Shown: positions 9,557 through 19,543, counted from the first letter of the stretch. The stretch is 64,000 nt of DNA from Flavobacteriales bacterium (GCA_025451295.1 JANWKQ010000168.1:911-64910), one strand, 5' to 3'. Numbers and translations: made by a program. Notes: generated by a model not told the origin, from the letters alone.

Positions 9557-11131
9557 TTATAACACTTCTTCTCCCGTTGGATCCATAAAACGGTATTCCA
9601 GGAACTGGAAGGCATCACGAGGTTCAATAGTGAATTTATTTCCATATTTCTTCAACCAGTCTTTATAAGTACTTTTCTTCGAAAAGAACCCTCCGGTGGT
9701 TTTCTTGATATAAGCATCCACATAAGGATGTACGAGTAACTGCAAAGGTGTTTTGACCTTCGGATCTTTACAAAGATTATTCAGTTTGATCTCGATCTCG
9801 TCTATAATAACCACGGTAGGTCCAACTTTTCCGGTTCCTTTGCAGGAAGGACATACCTCATTTACCTCAATATTTATCTGCGGACGAACCCTTTCACGGG
9901 TGATCTGGATCAATCCAATCTTACTTGGTGGAAGTACGTTATGTTTAGCTTTATCTTCCTTCATTACTTCCCGCATCTTCTTGAACAGGATTTTCTTATG
10001 TTCCATGCGGTACATGTCAATAAAATCTACGACAATGATCCCGCCCATATCTCTAAGCCGAAGCTGACGTCCGATTTCCATCGCTGCTTCCAGGTTAACG
10101 GCCAGGGCACTTGCTTCCTGTGATTCAGATGATTTTACATTGTTGCCACTATTCACATCAATTACATGCAGCGCTTCGGTATGTTCAATAATAAGATAGG
10201 CCCCACTTTTCATCGGGACCTGCTTGCCAAAAAGCGATTTGATCTGACGGGTTATTCCAAAATGTTCGAATATCGGAACCCGACCGTTGAACAATTTCAC
10301 ATCCTTTTCTTTGTCAGGAAAGGTTCTATGTACGTATTCTTTAATATCTCCAAAATACTTTGGATCGTTTACATGTATATTTTCGAAGGTAAAATTCTTG
10401 TTTACCATATCTCTTAACATGGTAGTGGTGCGATTTTTTTCGCCAAGTACTTTTGAAGGGGCTTTTCCCTGGGAGATCATTTTATGCATCGATTCCCAAC
10501 GATCCTTCAGTTCATTCAGATCTTTTTCAATTTCTTCAAGGGATAGGTTTTCCGCTGCCGTGCGTAAAATGGCTCCAAAATTTTTGGGAAGAATGGACTG
10601 CATTATTTTTTTGAGCCGGTCTCTTTCTGAGGCTTCCCGGATTTTACTGGATACTGACACTTTATCGGAGAATGGGACCAGTACTATATGTCTGCCTGGC
10701 AAAGCCATTTCGCAGCTGAGTCTGGGTCCTTTTTGAGAGATGGGTTCTTTGGCAATCTTTACCAGCACATAGTTGCCAGCCTTGAGGATGTCACCAATTT
10801 TTCCATCTTTTCTTATTTCTTCCTCGTACTTGAAGTACATCAGGTTCGAGGTCTTTTGTTTTCCGGAAATTGTTTCCTGTACGTATTTGTTAAGAGAACG
10901 AATGTCGGGTCCGAGATCTAAATAATGCAGAAATGCATCCTTTTCGTATCCAACATCAATAAATGCCGCATTTAAGTTTGGGATTACCCTGGAAACCTTA
11001 GCCAGGTAATAGTCTCCCACATTAAAAGCGTAATTATTTTTTTCCCTGTTCAGCTCTACCAGCTCCTTTTCTCTAAGCAGCGCTATGGAAACTTCATCCG
11101 GAGAAACGTTTACAATTAAGTCGTTGCTCAC
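9557..11131 (-). CDS. rng: ribonuclease G/E family (Rne/Rng)
   Basis: S1 domain followed by the RNase E/G catalytic domain. About 520 aa, typical of RNase G. Confidence 0.85.
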   Translation of the reverse strand: MSNDLIVNVSPDEVSIALLREKELVELNREKNNYAFNVGDYYLAKVSRVIPNLNAAFIDVGYEKDAFLHYLDLGPDIRSLNKYVQETISGKQKTSNLMYFKYEEEIRKDGKIGDILKAGNYVLVKIAKEPISQKGPRLSCEMALPGRHIVLVPFSDKVSVSSKIREASERDRLKKIMQSILPKNFGAILRTAAENLSLEEIEKDLNELKDRWESMHKMISQGKAPSKVLGEKNRTTTMLRDMVNKNFTFENIHVNDPKYFGDIKEYVHRTFPDKEKDVKLFNGRVPIFEHFGITRQIKSLFGKQVPMKSGAYLIIEHTEALHVIDVNSGNNVKSSESQEASALAVNLEAAMEIGRQLRLRDMGGIIVVDFIDMYRMEHKKILFKKMREVMKEDKAKHNVLPPSKIGLIQITRERVRPQINIEVNEVCPSCKGTGKVGPTVVIIDEIEIKLNNLCKDPKVKTPLQLLVHPYVDAYIKKTTGGFFSKKSTYKDWLKKYGNKFTIEPRDAFQFLEYRFMDPTGEEVL

Positions 11132-11176
11132 GGTAGTATTTTTTATTAAACCAGTTCTTTGTTTATCAGAATGTGG

Positions 11177-11302
11177 CTTAGATTAATAATTTACGACAAT
11201 AAAAGGGGGTTATTTCTTCTTTTTATGTCTGTTTTTACGCAATCTCTTTTTTCTTTTATGCGTATTCATTTTAGCTCTTTTTCTTTTTTTACCACTTGGC
11301 AT
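11177..11302 (-). CDS. small, highly basic 41-aa protein (MPSGKKRKRAKMNTHKRKKRLRKNRHKKEEITPFYCRKLLI)
   Basis: Hand translation of a sub-threshold ORF lying between the TPR gene and the rng start. Extreme K/R content, like ribosome-associated small proteins. Not in the ORF track (<60 aa). Confidence 0.4.
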
Positions 11303-11305
11303 AAA

Positions 11306-12163
11306 TCAATTCATTTTAGTGTTTGACATTTTTTTTAAATCTTCTAAGTAAATATCCAGTTGTATTTTTACTTCTTCATCTTTTAAAAGGCCGCGATACT
11401 GTAGCAGATATTTTTCTGCATTTTCCATATCTCCCATTTTTGCGTAGGTATCACCAATGTAAAAATAGGCTTCATCCAGTTTCGGATCGATTTTCAACGC
11501 CTGTTGAAATCTTTCTATAGCCTTAGAAAACTGGCCCGAAAGTACTGAAAAATGGCCTAACTGCAAAATAGCCCGGGTGTTGGTAGAGTCCTTCGCAACG
11601 ATATCTTTCAGCATCAGTACACCCTGCATTGGATTTTGAGGATCAGGGGCCATCATCCAACAGCTGGCCAGATCAATCTGAGCATCAATATTTTCTGGAT
11701 TGGTCTGTAGGATCTTGATATATATTTGTTTGGCTTCATCATAAGCCCAGGGTTTATCTTCGGGTTTAAGAAACTCGCCAACCTGCATAAATCGCTGTCC
11801 TGCCATCATATAATCATCCATTTTTCCACTCAGTTCCGCCTTGTCCTTTGCATAAACTGCTGAAACTGCCGGTCTCATGTTTTTATCCCAAAACACAATG
11901 ATGGAATCCAGCCATTGGATTTTTTCCGGTCCGCTGGAAGACCCAAACTTCATTTCAAAACCATTGATAACAGCCAGTTCCGTTTTTTTCATGCTGTTTT
12001 TCACCTCAGTGATCTGTGCCTGGATGTCTGCTTTGGTCTCTTTTGTTTGTTGTTGATGGAGTTTGGAAACTGAATATTTTTTTGGAGCGACGACCAACGC
12101 AACAAATATGGTAATGGATATCACCAGGATCACAATTTGCAAAACAAGACCTTTTACTGACAT
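11306..12163 (-). CDS. membrane-anchored TPR-repeat protein
   Basis: N-terminal TM helix. TPR-like repeats toward the C-terminus. Confidence 0.6.
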   Translation of the reverse strand: MSVKGLVLQIVILVISITIFVALVVAPKKYSVSKLHQQQTKETKADIQAQITEVKNSMKKTELAVINGFEMKFGSSSGPEKIQWLDSIIVFWDKNMRPAVSAVYAKDKAELSGKMDDYMMAGQRFMQVGEFLKPEDKPWAYDEAKQIYIKILQTNPENIDAQIDLASCWMMAPDPQNPMQGVLMLKDIVAKDSTNTRAILQLGHFSVLSGQFSKAIERFQQALKIDPKLDEAYFYIGDTYAKMGDMENAEKYLLQYRGLLKDEEVKIQLDIYLEDLKKMSNTKMN

Positions 12164-12289
12164 GTTCGAGCTATTTCCCTTGATGGGAGGCCAAAGGTAG
12201 CAAATATAGCGGAAGGTGGTAAAAGGTCAACATTCCACAATTTTTGCTGCTGGTATAAATAAAGTTTAGATTGTTTTAGGAGTCACGGC

Positions 12290-12574
12290 CTATTTTACTC
12301 TTTTCTTCACCTGGTTAACGAAAGATTTCGCCGGCTTGAAAGAGGGAATGTTGTGGGCTGGAATTACAATTGTAGTATTTTTTGAAATGTTCCGTCCTTT
12401 TTTCTCAGCACGTTTTTTTACTACAAAACTTCCGAAGCCTCTGAGATAAACATTACTTCCGTTCATCATTGACTCTCTGATAGTCTTCATGAAAGACTCA
12501 ACTGTGGCCTGAACTGCAACCTTTTCAATTCCTGTAGTTTCAGAAATTTTATTTACGATATCCGCCTTTGTCAT
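12290..12574 (-). CDS. HU/IHF-family DNA-binding protein
   Basis: HU fold motifs (…GFGSF…KKRAE…). 94 aa. Confidence 0.85.
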   Translation of the reverse strand: MTKADIVNKISETTGIEKVAVQATVESFMKTIRESMMNGSNVYLRGFGSFVVKKRAEKKGRNISKNTTIVIPAHNIPSFKPAKSFVNQVKKRVK

Positions 12575-12660
12575 AGCTTTTGAGTTTATTTGGGTTTACT
12601 AATTGGATTAAAGTGAGTTAATTGTTTAACTAATATAAGGTTAAAACAATTCGGTTTACA

Positions 12661-13761
12661 TTGTTGTTTGCTTTTTTTAATATGATATTCAGTACTAAAA
12701 TAGTTAATTGGTATTACAAAAACAAGCGGGAACTTCCATGGCGACAAGAAGTTAATCCATATCACATTTGGCTCAGTGAGGTCATATTGCAACAAACAAG
12801 GGTCAGTCAGGGCCTTCCCTATTATTTTCGCTTCATTAAAAATTATCCAACTATCAGTGATTTGGCCCAAGCCGACGAAAAAAAAATCTTAAAGGACTGG
12901 CAGGGGCTGGGATATTATAGCCGGGCCCGAAACCTGCATTCTGCCGCAAAAACCATCGTAAAAAAGCATAAAGGCATATTTCCTAAAACGTTTCAGGAAA
13001 TTCTTGAGTTGGAGGGAATTGGTCCCTATACTGCTGCGGCTATTTCGAGTGTGGCCTTTAATCTTCCTCATCCCGCAGTTGACGGCAATGTACAGCGGGT
13101 TATTTCAAGAATATTCGGCATTGAAAGTCCCGTAAACAGTACCATTGGTAAAAAAGAAATTGAATCAGTTCTGGAAGAGATCTTCGATAAAAAGCGGCCC
13201 GGGGATTTTAACCAGGCCATCATGGAATTTGGGGCCTTGCATTGCAAACCTCAGCAACCGCACTGTCCTACCTGTCCATTTGCCGGGGAATGTTTTGCAC
13301 TCAAACATAAAAAAGTAAATATTTTGCCGGTCAAAGAAAAAAAGGCAAAAGTAAAAACCAGGTATTTTTTATATATAGTTCCTCAACAAGGCAAAAAAGA
13401 ATTTGTGGCTCAAAGAACGGAGAAGGATATCTGGAAGAATCTTTTTGAATTCCCATTGATCGAACTGGATGAATCTTTGCTGATGCCGGATGAAAAGATG
13501 ATAAAGGAGATCCTGCAGGGTAAAAAATGTCCTCCAGCATGGAAGATCAAAAAAGGGAGCTATAAGATCAAACATATTTCAAGCGAATACAAACATGTGC
13601 TAACTCACAGGATCATTTATGCCAGGTTTGTTGGCCTTGAAATGGACCAGTCATTTCGTCCCGGAAAAAACTGGATCGCAAAACCGATTCATGATCACGA
13701 ACAGTTTGCCTTTCCTGTATTGATACAAAATTATATAGATGATCGTGAGAAGGGGAAATAG
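12661..13761 (+). CDS. mutY: A/G-specific adenine DNA glycosylase MutY
   Basis: HhH-GPD glycosylase motifs (LPWR…, GIGPYTAAAI). [4Fe-4S] Cys cluster (CxxxxxxCxxCPxxxxC). C-terminal NUDIX-like domain. Confidence 0.85.
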   Translation: MLFAFFNMIFSTKIVNWYYKNKRELPWRQEVNPYHIWLSEVILQQTRVSQGLPYYFRFIKNYPTISDLAQADEKKILKDWQGLGYYSRARNLHSAAKTIVKKHKGIFPKTFQEILELEGIGPYTAAAISSVAFNLPHPAVDGNVQRVISRIFGIESPVNSTIGKKEIESVLEEIFDKKRPGDFNQAIMEFGALHCKPQQPHCPTCPFAGECFALKHKKVNILPVKEKKAKVKTRYFLYIVPQQGKKEFVAQRTEKDIWKNLFEFPLIELDESLLMPDEKMIKEILQGKKCPPAWKIKKGSYKIKHISSEYKHVLTHRIIYARFVGLEMDQSFRPGKNWIAKPIHDHEQFAFPVLIQNYIDDREKGK

Positions 13762-13767
13762 GAGGAA

Positions 13768-15591
13768 TTAGTTTAAATCATCTCCTTTTAACTGATTGAA
13801 ACGTTTTCTGGCTTCAACAGAATAAATACTGTCTTTATGATCCTTGATGATCTTTTTATAGCATTCCGCTGCCTTGTCAGGGTTGTTCAATTTTCTTTCA
13901 TACAGGTCACCCATTTTGAACAACGCATCATCTGCTAAAATATCAAACTCATATTTGGTGGCCACTTCTTCGAAATAGATAACTGCTTTTTCATAGTCAC
14001 CCTTCTTTAAGGATACTTCAGCTTTCTTATATTTTACATCGTCCATTACCGAATGGTAAGGATATTTTGTTTCAATGGAATCCAGACATTTCATACTCAA
14101 CTCAAGCTGATTCTGATAAAAATACAGATCAGCCCGTGCATATATTGCAAGCACATCATAGGTAGTATCAAGTCCCGAAATATCCATTATGAGCATCGAT
14201 AAAGCAATGGCATCATTTGATATTAACTTCGAGGTAGAAGCTTTGAGAACATCCATTTGAGTTTGGGCCCATTCAAATTCACAACGATAAAAAGAAAGCT
14301 TGGCATTTTTGAATTTTGCTTCCTGTCCGATCAGGTCGTTTTTATAATCTTTTTCGATTTGTCCATATAATAAGGAGGGTTCCCACATATCTCCCTGAAG
14401 AATGAGAATATCTGCTAACTCCATTTTTGCTTTTGCCAGTTCTTCTGGTTTTCCAATGTTTCGATTCACGATCTCCTTGAGTCTCACCACCCCATTCTCC
14501 GGCTTGTGAAGATAAAATGCCTGCAGATGACTCAGTTCAATGTTTAATTGGATCGCATGATCCTGTGTCAGCAATTCTTCAATGGAAATGAGATATTCGT
14601 TTTCGAGATTCAGCAAATCAGTTTCGGAAGCAGAAAAATCTTCGGTGAGCATTCGATACCTGGTACTCAGGTAATTCATTTTCGCATCGTAATAAAAAGT
14701 GGCCTGTGGTCCTAGACTAATAATATATTCATAGCATTTGAGTGCAATATCATATTTACGATTTTCCAGACAGATGTTTGAAAGTTGAGCGATCCTGGCA
14801 CCATCTTCTTTTAATCTTTTGTCAATGGCTTTTGTTTGGATAAAAGCTCCTTCGTAATTTTTTTGCTGAAGCATTAACCAGATCAGCAGATCAGAATAAG
14901 TAACATCCGTTGGATTCTTTTGTATTTCCTTCAGTACAGCTTCTCTGAAAATGGTGTTGAGCTGACTATCCGGATTATCATCCAGAATGGTTAGTAAGGC
15001 ACTTTTCAAAGGTTCAATTTCAAACGGATCAACTTTTAGCACATCGAGTAATTCGTTGGTCATTTTCTCATAATCATTATTTACTGCGTACAACTCAGCC
15101 AGACTATAATGGAAGCTGGGAAGATCTCCCACTGTTTTCCGGCCCTTTAAAAAAGTTTCAATTGCATATTGATTTTCACCGATCAGTAAAAAAGCTGATG
15201 CCAGTTCTTCCACCTGATCAGCGTAAGGATTCATATCCTTGATGGCATCATCAAAAATTGTCTTGGCTTTTTTAGTATCTCCGGTATTCCGATAAAATTC
15301 ACCCAGATCAATTTTATAGGTTTGCTGCCGGGGAAAATCTTTTGCCTGTTTTTTAATGACTTTTTCCGCCTCTTTTAAATTATCAAGTTTAATGAGACAA
15401 TCTACATAATTCTTATAGTAGATTTTATTTTTGCCTTCGTTCTTATAAAATTTTTCGTAAAAAGGCAGTGCCTTCTCATATTCGCCATTTTTCAAATATT
15501 CATTGGCCAATTGTTCTTCCTGGTAAGTTTGGCAGAATCCCGGAACTGTAATTCCGATAAAAAGTATGAATATGGATAATGTCTTTTTCAT
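13768..15591 (-). CDS. secreted TPR-repeat protein
   Basis: Signal peptide. Many TPR-like repeats along 607 aa. Confidence 0.65.
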   Translation of the reverse strand: MKKTLSIFILFIGITVPGFCQTYQEEQLANEYLKNGEYEKALPFYEKFYKNEGKNKIYYKNYVDCLIKLDNLKEAEKVIKKQAKDFPRQQTYKIDLGEFYRNTGDTKKAKTIFDDAIKDMNPYADQVEELASAFLLIGENQYAIETFLKGRKTVGDLPSFHYSLAELYAVNNDYEKMTNELLDVLKVDPFEIEPLKSALLTILDDNPDSQLNTIFREAVLKEIQKNPTDVTYSDLLIWLMLQQKNYEGAFIQTKAIDKRLKEDGARIAQLSNICLENRKYDIALKCYEYIISLGPQATFYYDAKMNYLSTRYRMLTEDFSASETDLLNLENEYLISIEELLTQDHAIQLNIELSHLQAFYLHKPENGVVRLKEIVNRNIGKPEELAKAKMELADILILQGDMWEPSLLYGQIEKDYKNDLIGQEAKFKNAKLSFYRCEFEWAQTQMDVLKASTSKLISNDAIALSMLIMDISGLDTTYDVLAIYARADLYFYQNQLELSMKCLDSIETKYPYHSVMDDVKYKKAEVSLKKGDYEKAVIYFEEVATKYEFDILADDALFKMGDLYERKLNNPDKAAECYKKIIKDHKDSIYSVEARKRFNQLKGDDLN

Positions 15592-15601
15592 TTTTTTCTT
15601 T

Positions 15602-15752
15602 GGGCGCCTTTACCGGTGTTTCGCTGTATCTTTTGTTGTTGCTATTAACTGTGTTGTCGATTTGGAGCAAAGACGGACAATTGTCCGTCTCTACATACGG
15701 CTACTAAATTATTTTAATGGCAACAACAAAAGGATGCCGCTTCACCCCGGGG
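15602..15752 (+). repeat. copy A of a dispersed intergenic repeat family
   Basis: Motif 1 (ccggtgtttcgctgtatcttttgttgttgct). Central perfect palindrome (agacggacaattgtccgtct). Motif 2 (caaaaggatgccgcttc). Shares motifs 1 and 2 with copies at ~24.5 kb and ~39.0 kb. Confidence 0.5.
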
Positions 15753-15807
15753 CGCTACCGTAAATATACTAAGCATTAACGTAAAACATGAAAACCTGTT
15801 GCTGCGG

Positions 15808-17079
15808 TTAAGATATTTTATCGAACCCGCAGAAGGCCTGCAGCACTTTGGGAATATTGATACCGTCACTTACCTGGTAGTTTTCAAGAATGCCAGCCAT
15901 GATCCTTGGAAGCGCTAAAGCACTGCCATTGAGGGTATGGGCTAGTTGTGGCTTCTCATTTCCGTCCCGGTATCGAAGCTTTAAACGGTTGGATTGAAAT
16001 GATTCAAAATTCGAAACGGAACTTACCTCAAGCCATCTTTGCTGTGCGGTACTATATACTTCAAAATCATAGGTCATAGCGGAGGTGAAGCCCATATCTC
16101 CACCACATAAGCGAAGGATCCGATAAGGAAGCTCCAGCTTATCCAATAGTGCTGCTACATGCTCCACCATTTCTTCCAGAGCGGGATAGCTTTTTTCTGG
16201 ATGCTGGATCTGAACGATCTCCACCTTATCAAATTGATGAAGCCTGTTAAGTCCTCGAACATCCTTACCATAAGAACCTGCTTCTCTCCTGAAACAGGGC
16301 GTATAGCCCGTTAACTTAATGGGCAGATCCTCTGCTTTTACAATTTCATCTCGGAATAAATTGGTCAGTGGAACCTCAGCCGTAGGAATTAAATAGAGAT
16401 TATCTACACCCACATGGTACATTTGTCCTTCCTTATCAGGAAGCTGACCGGTACCATATCCGCTGTCTTCATTTACCATATGCGGAACCTGGTGTTCCAC
16501 ATAACCCGCTTTTGTATTCTCATCAAGAAAAAAATTGATGAGTGCTCTTTGAAGCTTGGCGGCTTTTCCAATATAAACTGGAAAACCTGCACCGGTAATT
16601 TTTACCCCTAGTTCAAAATTGATGAGGTTATATTTTGTGGTGAGTTCCCAATGGGGAAGATTGTTATTCCCAAGTTCGGGGATCTTTCCGGATTGACGTA
16701 CCTCCTGGTTATCCTCTGCGCCTTTTCCCTCTGGTACTAGTGAGTAGGGAGCATTTGGGATGGTGTATAAATGTTGAAGGAGTTGTTGTTCGGCTTCGGC
16801 CTGAGCTACCTCGAGTTGTTTAATATTTTCTTTAATGGAAGTTACTTTCGCTTTGGCAGCTTCGGCTTCTTCTTTTTTTCCTGACTGCATAAGAGATCCA
16901 ATCATTTTAGATGCAGTATTGGCTTCAGCTAAAAGTTGATCGGATTGTTGCTGGGCCTTACGGCGGGCTTCATCGAGTTCCAATGCCTTTGTTACTGCCT
17001 CTTCCGCATTGATGTTCCTCTTTTTCAACCGGCTGATCGCCTCCTCCTTGTGATCCTTTAAATATTGTATCTGCAACAT
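15808..17079 (-). CDS. serS: seryl-tRNA synthetase
   Basis: N-terminal coiled coil plus class II aaRS core. 423 aa. Confidence 0.95.
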   Translation of the reverse strand: MLQIQYLKDHKEEAISRLKKRNINAEEAVTKALELDEARRKAQQQSDQLLAEANTASKMIGSLMQSGKKEEAEAAKAKVTSIKENIKQLEVAQAEAEQQLLQHLYTIPNAPYSLVPEGKGAEDNQEVRQSGKIPELGNNNLPHWELTTKYNLINFELGVKITGAGFPVYIGKAAKLQRALINFFLDENTKAGYVEHQVPHMVNEDSGYGTGQLPDKEGQMYHVGVDNLYLIPTAEVPLTNLFRDEIVKAEDLPIKLTGYTPCFRREAGSYGKDVRGLNRLHQFDKVEIVQIQHPEKSYPALEEMVEHVAALLDKLELPYRILRLCGGDMGFTSAMTYDFEVYSTAQQRWLEVSSVSNFESFQSNRLKLRYRDGNEKPQLAHTLNGSALALPRIMAGILENYQVSDGINIPKVLQAFCGFDKIS

Positions 17080-17397
17080 AAAGCCTTCAGAATTTGTTGG
17101 CGAAAATAGGAAAGGAATACGGATTTTTTAGAGAATTCCGGTTTTTTAAGGAGTTTTTCTATGCAATAATTATGTAATATACTGGCATCTAAAATATTGA
17201 TAATTAAAAAATTAACAAACGGAGATAAGCTGTCAACATGTAATGGATTTGAAAGAGGTTGAACTATGGGGTGTAGGGGGGCGTATATTTGGTTATAGAA
17301 ATTGATTTCAACACCAGTTGAATAAAAATAAAAATCTGACGCGTTCTTTTTTCATATAATAGTTAAGTGGTAAATAGGCAAGATTTGCCGTAGGTGT

Positions 17398-17436
17398 AAA
17401 AAAGCCCTGGAGATATTCAGGGCTTTTTTTTGTGCA
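17398..17436 (+). terminator. orphan Rho-independent terminator in the serS/polyprenyl-synthase divergent region
   Basis: agccctg…cagggct hairpin followed by a T8 run. No ORF of 60 aa or more lies upstream on the plus strand. Confidence 0.5.
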
Positions 17437-17588
17437 ATTGGTTCGACGGCCGGTGAATCAGCCATACCGATATTTCATCATGGGTTAAAGTGGCGAAGGA
17501 AAGTGCCCTAATAATTCCTAAAAATAAACTTGCTGATATACAATTACGTAGGTTAATAGGATAGTTTTACGATATTTGCTGAGGTACG

Positions 17589-18572
17589 ATGTCTTTTCAA
17601 AATAAATACGAGGTGCTTAAAAGCTATGTGGATGAGGAGCTGAACAAGCTTAAGCATATTCACAGTGATAATCCAAAGCTTTATGAACCCCTGAGCTATA
17701 TGATAGAACTGGGGGGCAAACGCCTTCGACCTGTTTTAACCTTGTTATCGTGTGAAGCATTTGGAGGAAGGGCAGAGCATGCCATCCATCCTGCGCTTGG
17801 GCTTGAAGTATTCCATAATTTCTCATTGATACATGATGATATTATGGATAATGCGCCTACACGTCGCGGAAAACCAACGGTACACGAGAAATGGGGAGTG
17901 AACATGGGCATTTTGAGTGGTGATCTCTTGCTTATTAAATCATACGAACTCATCAGTGTAGTTCATCCTGCGGTGCTGGCGAAGGTTTTTAAAATATTCA
18001 ATCAGACCGCTATTATGGTTTGCGAAGGCCAGCAAAAGGACATGGATTTCGAAAAAAGAGAATTGGTGGACGAGGAAGAATATCTGCGGATGATCTTATT
18101 GAAAACCGGTGTTTTGTTGGGGGCTGCTTTGCAAATTGGTGCACTCGCCGGTGGAGCTTCAGATGCCGATGCAAAAAGCATGTATGAATTTGGTTGCGAA
18201 ATTGGAGTTGCTTTCCAAATAAAAGATGACTGGCTCGATACTTTTGGTGAAGAAGAAAAAGTGGGTAAACGAATTGGCGGAGATATTGTGGAAGGGAAGA
18301 AAACGATGCTTATGATCAAAGCCAAAGAACTGGCGAACGAACTTCAATCTCAAAAAATTTACAAACTCTATTCAAACGGGGCCACTGAGGAACAAAGAAT
18401 AACAGGTGTACTTGAGGTATATGATGAATTGAAGATCCGTGATATTTGCAAAGCCGAGATTTATAAACATTACCAGGTTGCTTTGTTAAAACTCGATTCC
18501 GTAAGTATGACTCCGGAATTTAAATCTTACTTCAGATCGTTTGCGGAATATTTGATCGAAAGAGATTTTTAG
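17589..18572 (+). CDS. polyprenyl diphosphate synthase (trans-isoprenyl diphosphate synthase)
   Basis: First DDxxD motif (LIHDDIMD) and second (KDDWLD). Confidence 0.85.
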   Translation: MSFQNKYEVLKSYVDEELNKLKHIHSDNPKLYEPLSYMIELGGKRLRPVLTLLSCEAFGGRAEHAIHPALGLEVFHNFSLIHDDIMDNAPTRRGKPTVHEKWGVNMGILSGDLLLIKSYELISVVHPAVLAKVFKIFNQTAIMVCEGQQKDMDFEKRELVDEEEYLRMILLKTGVLLGAALQIGALAGGASDADAKSMYEFGCEIGVAFQIKDDWLDTFGEEEKVGKRIGGDIVEGKKTMLMIKAKELANELQSQKIYKLYSNGATEEQRITGVLEVYDELKIRDICKAEIYKHYQVALLKLDSVSMTPEFKSYFRSFAEYLIERDF

Positions 18573-18586
18573 AATATTTATATCCG

Positions 18587-19543
18587 CTATTTTCGCATCA
18601 GAAGATCCTTAACCGTCTCGTCCAGATTCGGATGATCAAATACAAAACCGGCATTCAATAATTTTTTTACAGATACCCGATTGCCTTTAAGCACAATTTG
18701 TGCCTGTTCGCCCAACAACATTTTCAAAATAAAACCGGGAACTGGAAAAGGCCAGACAGGTTTTTTAATTGCCTTGCCGATGGATCGGGTAAGAGCATTG
18801 TTCGTAACAGGATTGGGAGAAACAGCATTGTAAATACCGGTCATTTTTTTTTCTTCGATACCTTTTAAAAAAACAGAAACCAGGTCATCAATATGGATCC
18901 ATGGAACGATTTGGTTGCCTGAACCTAACGGAGCGCCCATCAACATTCTCACTGGCTTTGCCATTTCAACCAATGCACCGGATTGATCGGACAACACCAC
19001 CCCAATGCGCAATGTAAGCACATCTATATGGGAGGCGAATAAAGGTGTTAGCTCATTTTCCCATTTGTTGGTAAGCTCAGCCAGAAAATCTTTTCCGGCC
19101 TGATCTTCTTCTGTAAACTCGGCATTATTATCCTTGAATCCATAGTATCCGATGGCACTGGCCTGGATGAATTTTTGAACCGGTAAATTATTTTTCAATA
19201 TACAATCAATCAATAATTGGGTGGAGTTAAGACGGCTGTTGATCAATTCTTCTTTTCTTTTTGGCGTCCATTTTCCTTTTCCAACATTTGCCCCTGCGAG
19301 GTTGATCACAAAATCAGTTTGTGAAAAAGCCTCCATGTCTATTCGTTTTTTTTCAGGATCCCATTCATAGGTTGGAATGCTTTGCGCTGTTTTTTTTCGA
19401 CCTAACCATTTTACCTGAAAGCCTAGCTGAAGAAGTTTCTCTGAAAGTGCTTTCCCTACCAGTCCTGAACCTCCAGCTATGAGAACTGTTTTAGACATTA
19501 TGATTTTTTGATCTATATTTATTGCATCACAAATTAAGATCAA
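18587..19543 (-). CDS. TIGR01777/YfcH-family NAD-dependent epimerase-like protein
   Basis: GGSGLVG Rossmann motif. C-terminal DUF1731-like region. Confidence 0.75.
   Translation of the reverse strand: MILICDAINIDQKIIMSKTVLIAGGSGLVGKALSEKLLQLGFQVKWLGRKKTAQSIPTYEWDPEKKRIDMEAFSQTDFVINLAGANVGKGKWTPKRKEELINSRLNSTQLLIDCILKNNLPVQKFIQASAIGYYGFKDNNAEFTEEDQAGKDFLAELTNKWENELTPLFASHIDVLTLRIGVVLSDQSGALVEMAKPVRMLMGAPLGSGNQIVPWIHIDDLVSVFLKGIEEKKMTGIYNAVSPNPVTNNALTRSIGKAIKKPVWPFPVPGFILKMLLGEQAQIVLKGNRVSVKKLLNAGFVFDHPNLDETVKDLLMRK

Noticed and set aside
12586-12870. 94-aa minus-strand ORF overlapping the mutY 5' end
   Set aside because: It lies antisense across the divergent HU/mutY promoter region and the MutY N-terminus. 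No features of a real protein.
17100-17588. T-box leader for serS
   Set aside because: Bacteroidota rarely use T-boxes, the T-box specifier or antiterminator consensus (AGGGUGGNACCGCG) is absent, and the terminator faces away from serS.
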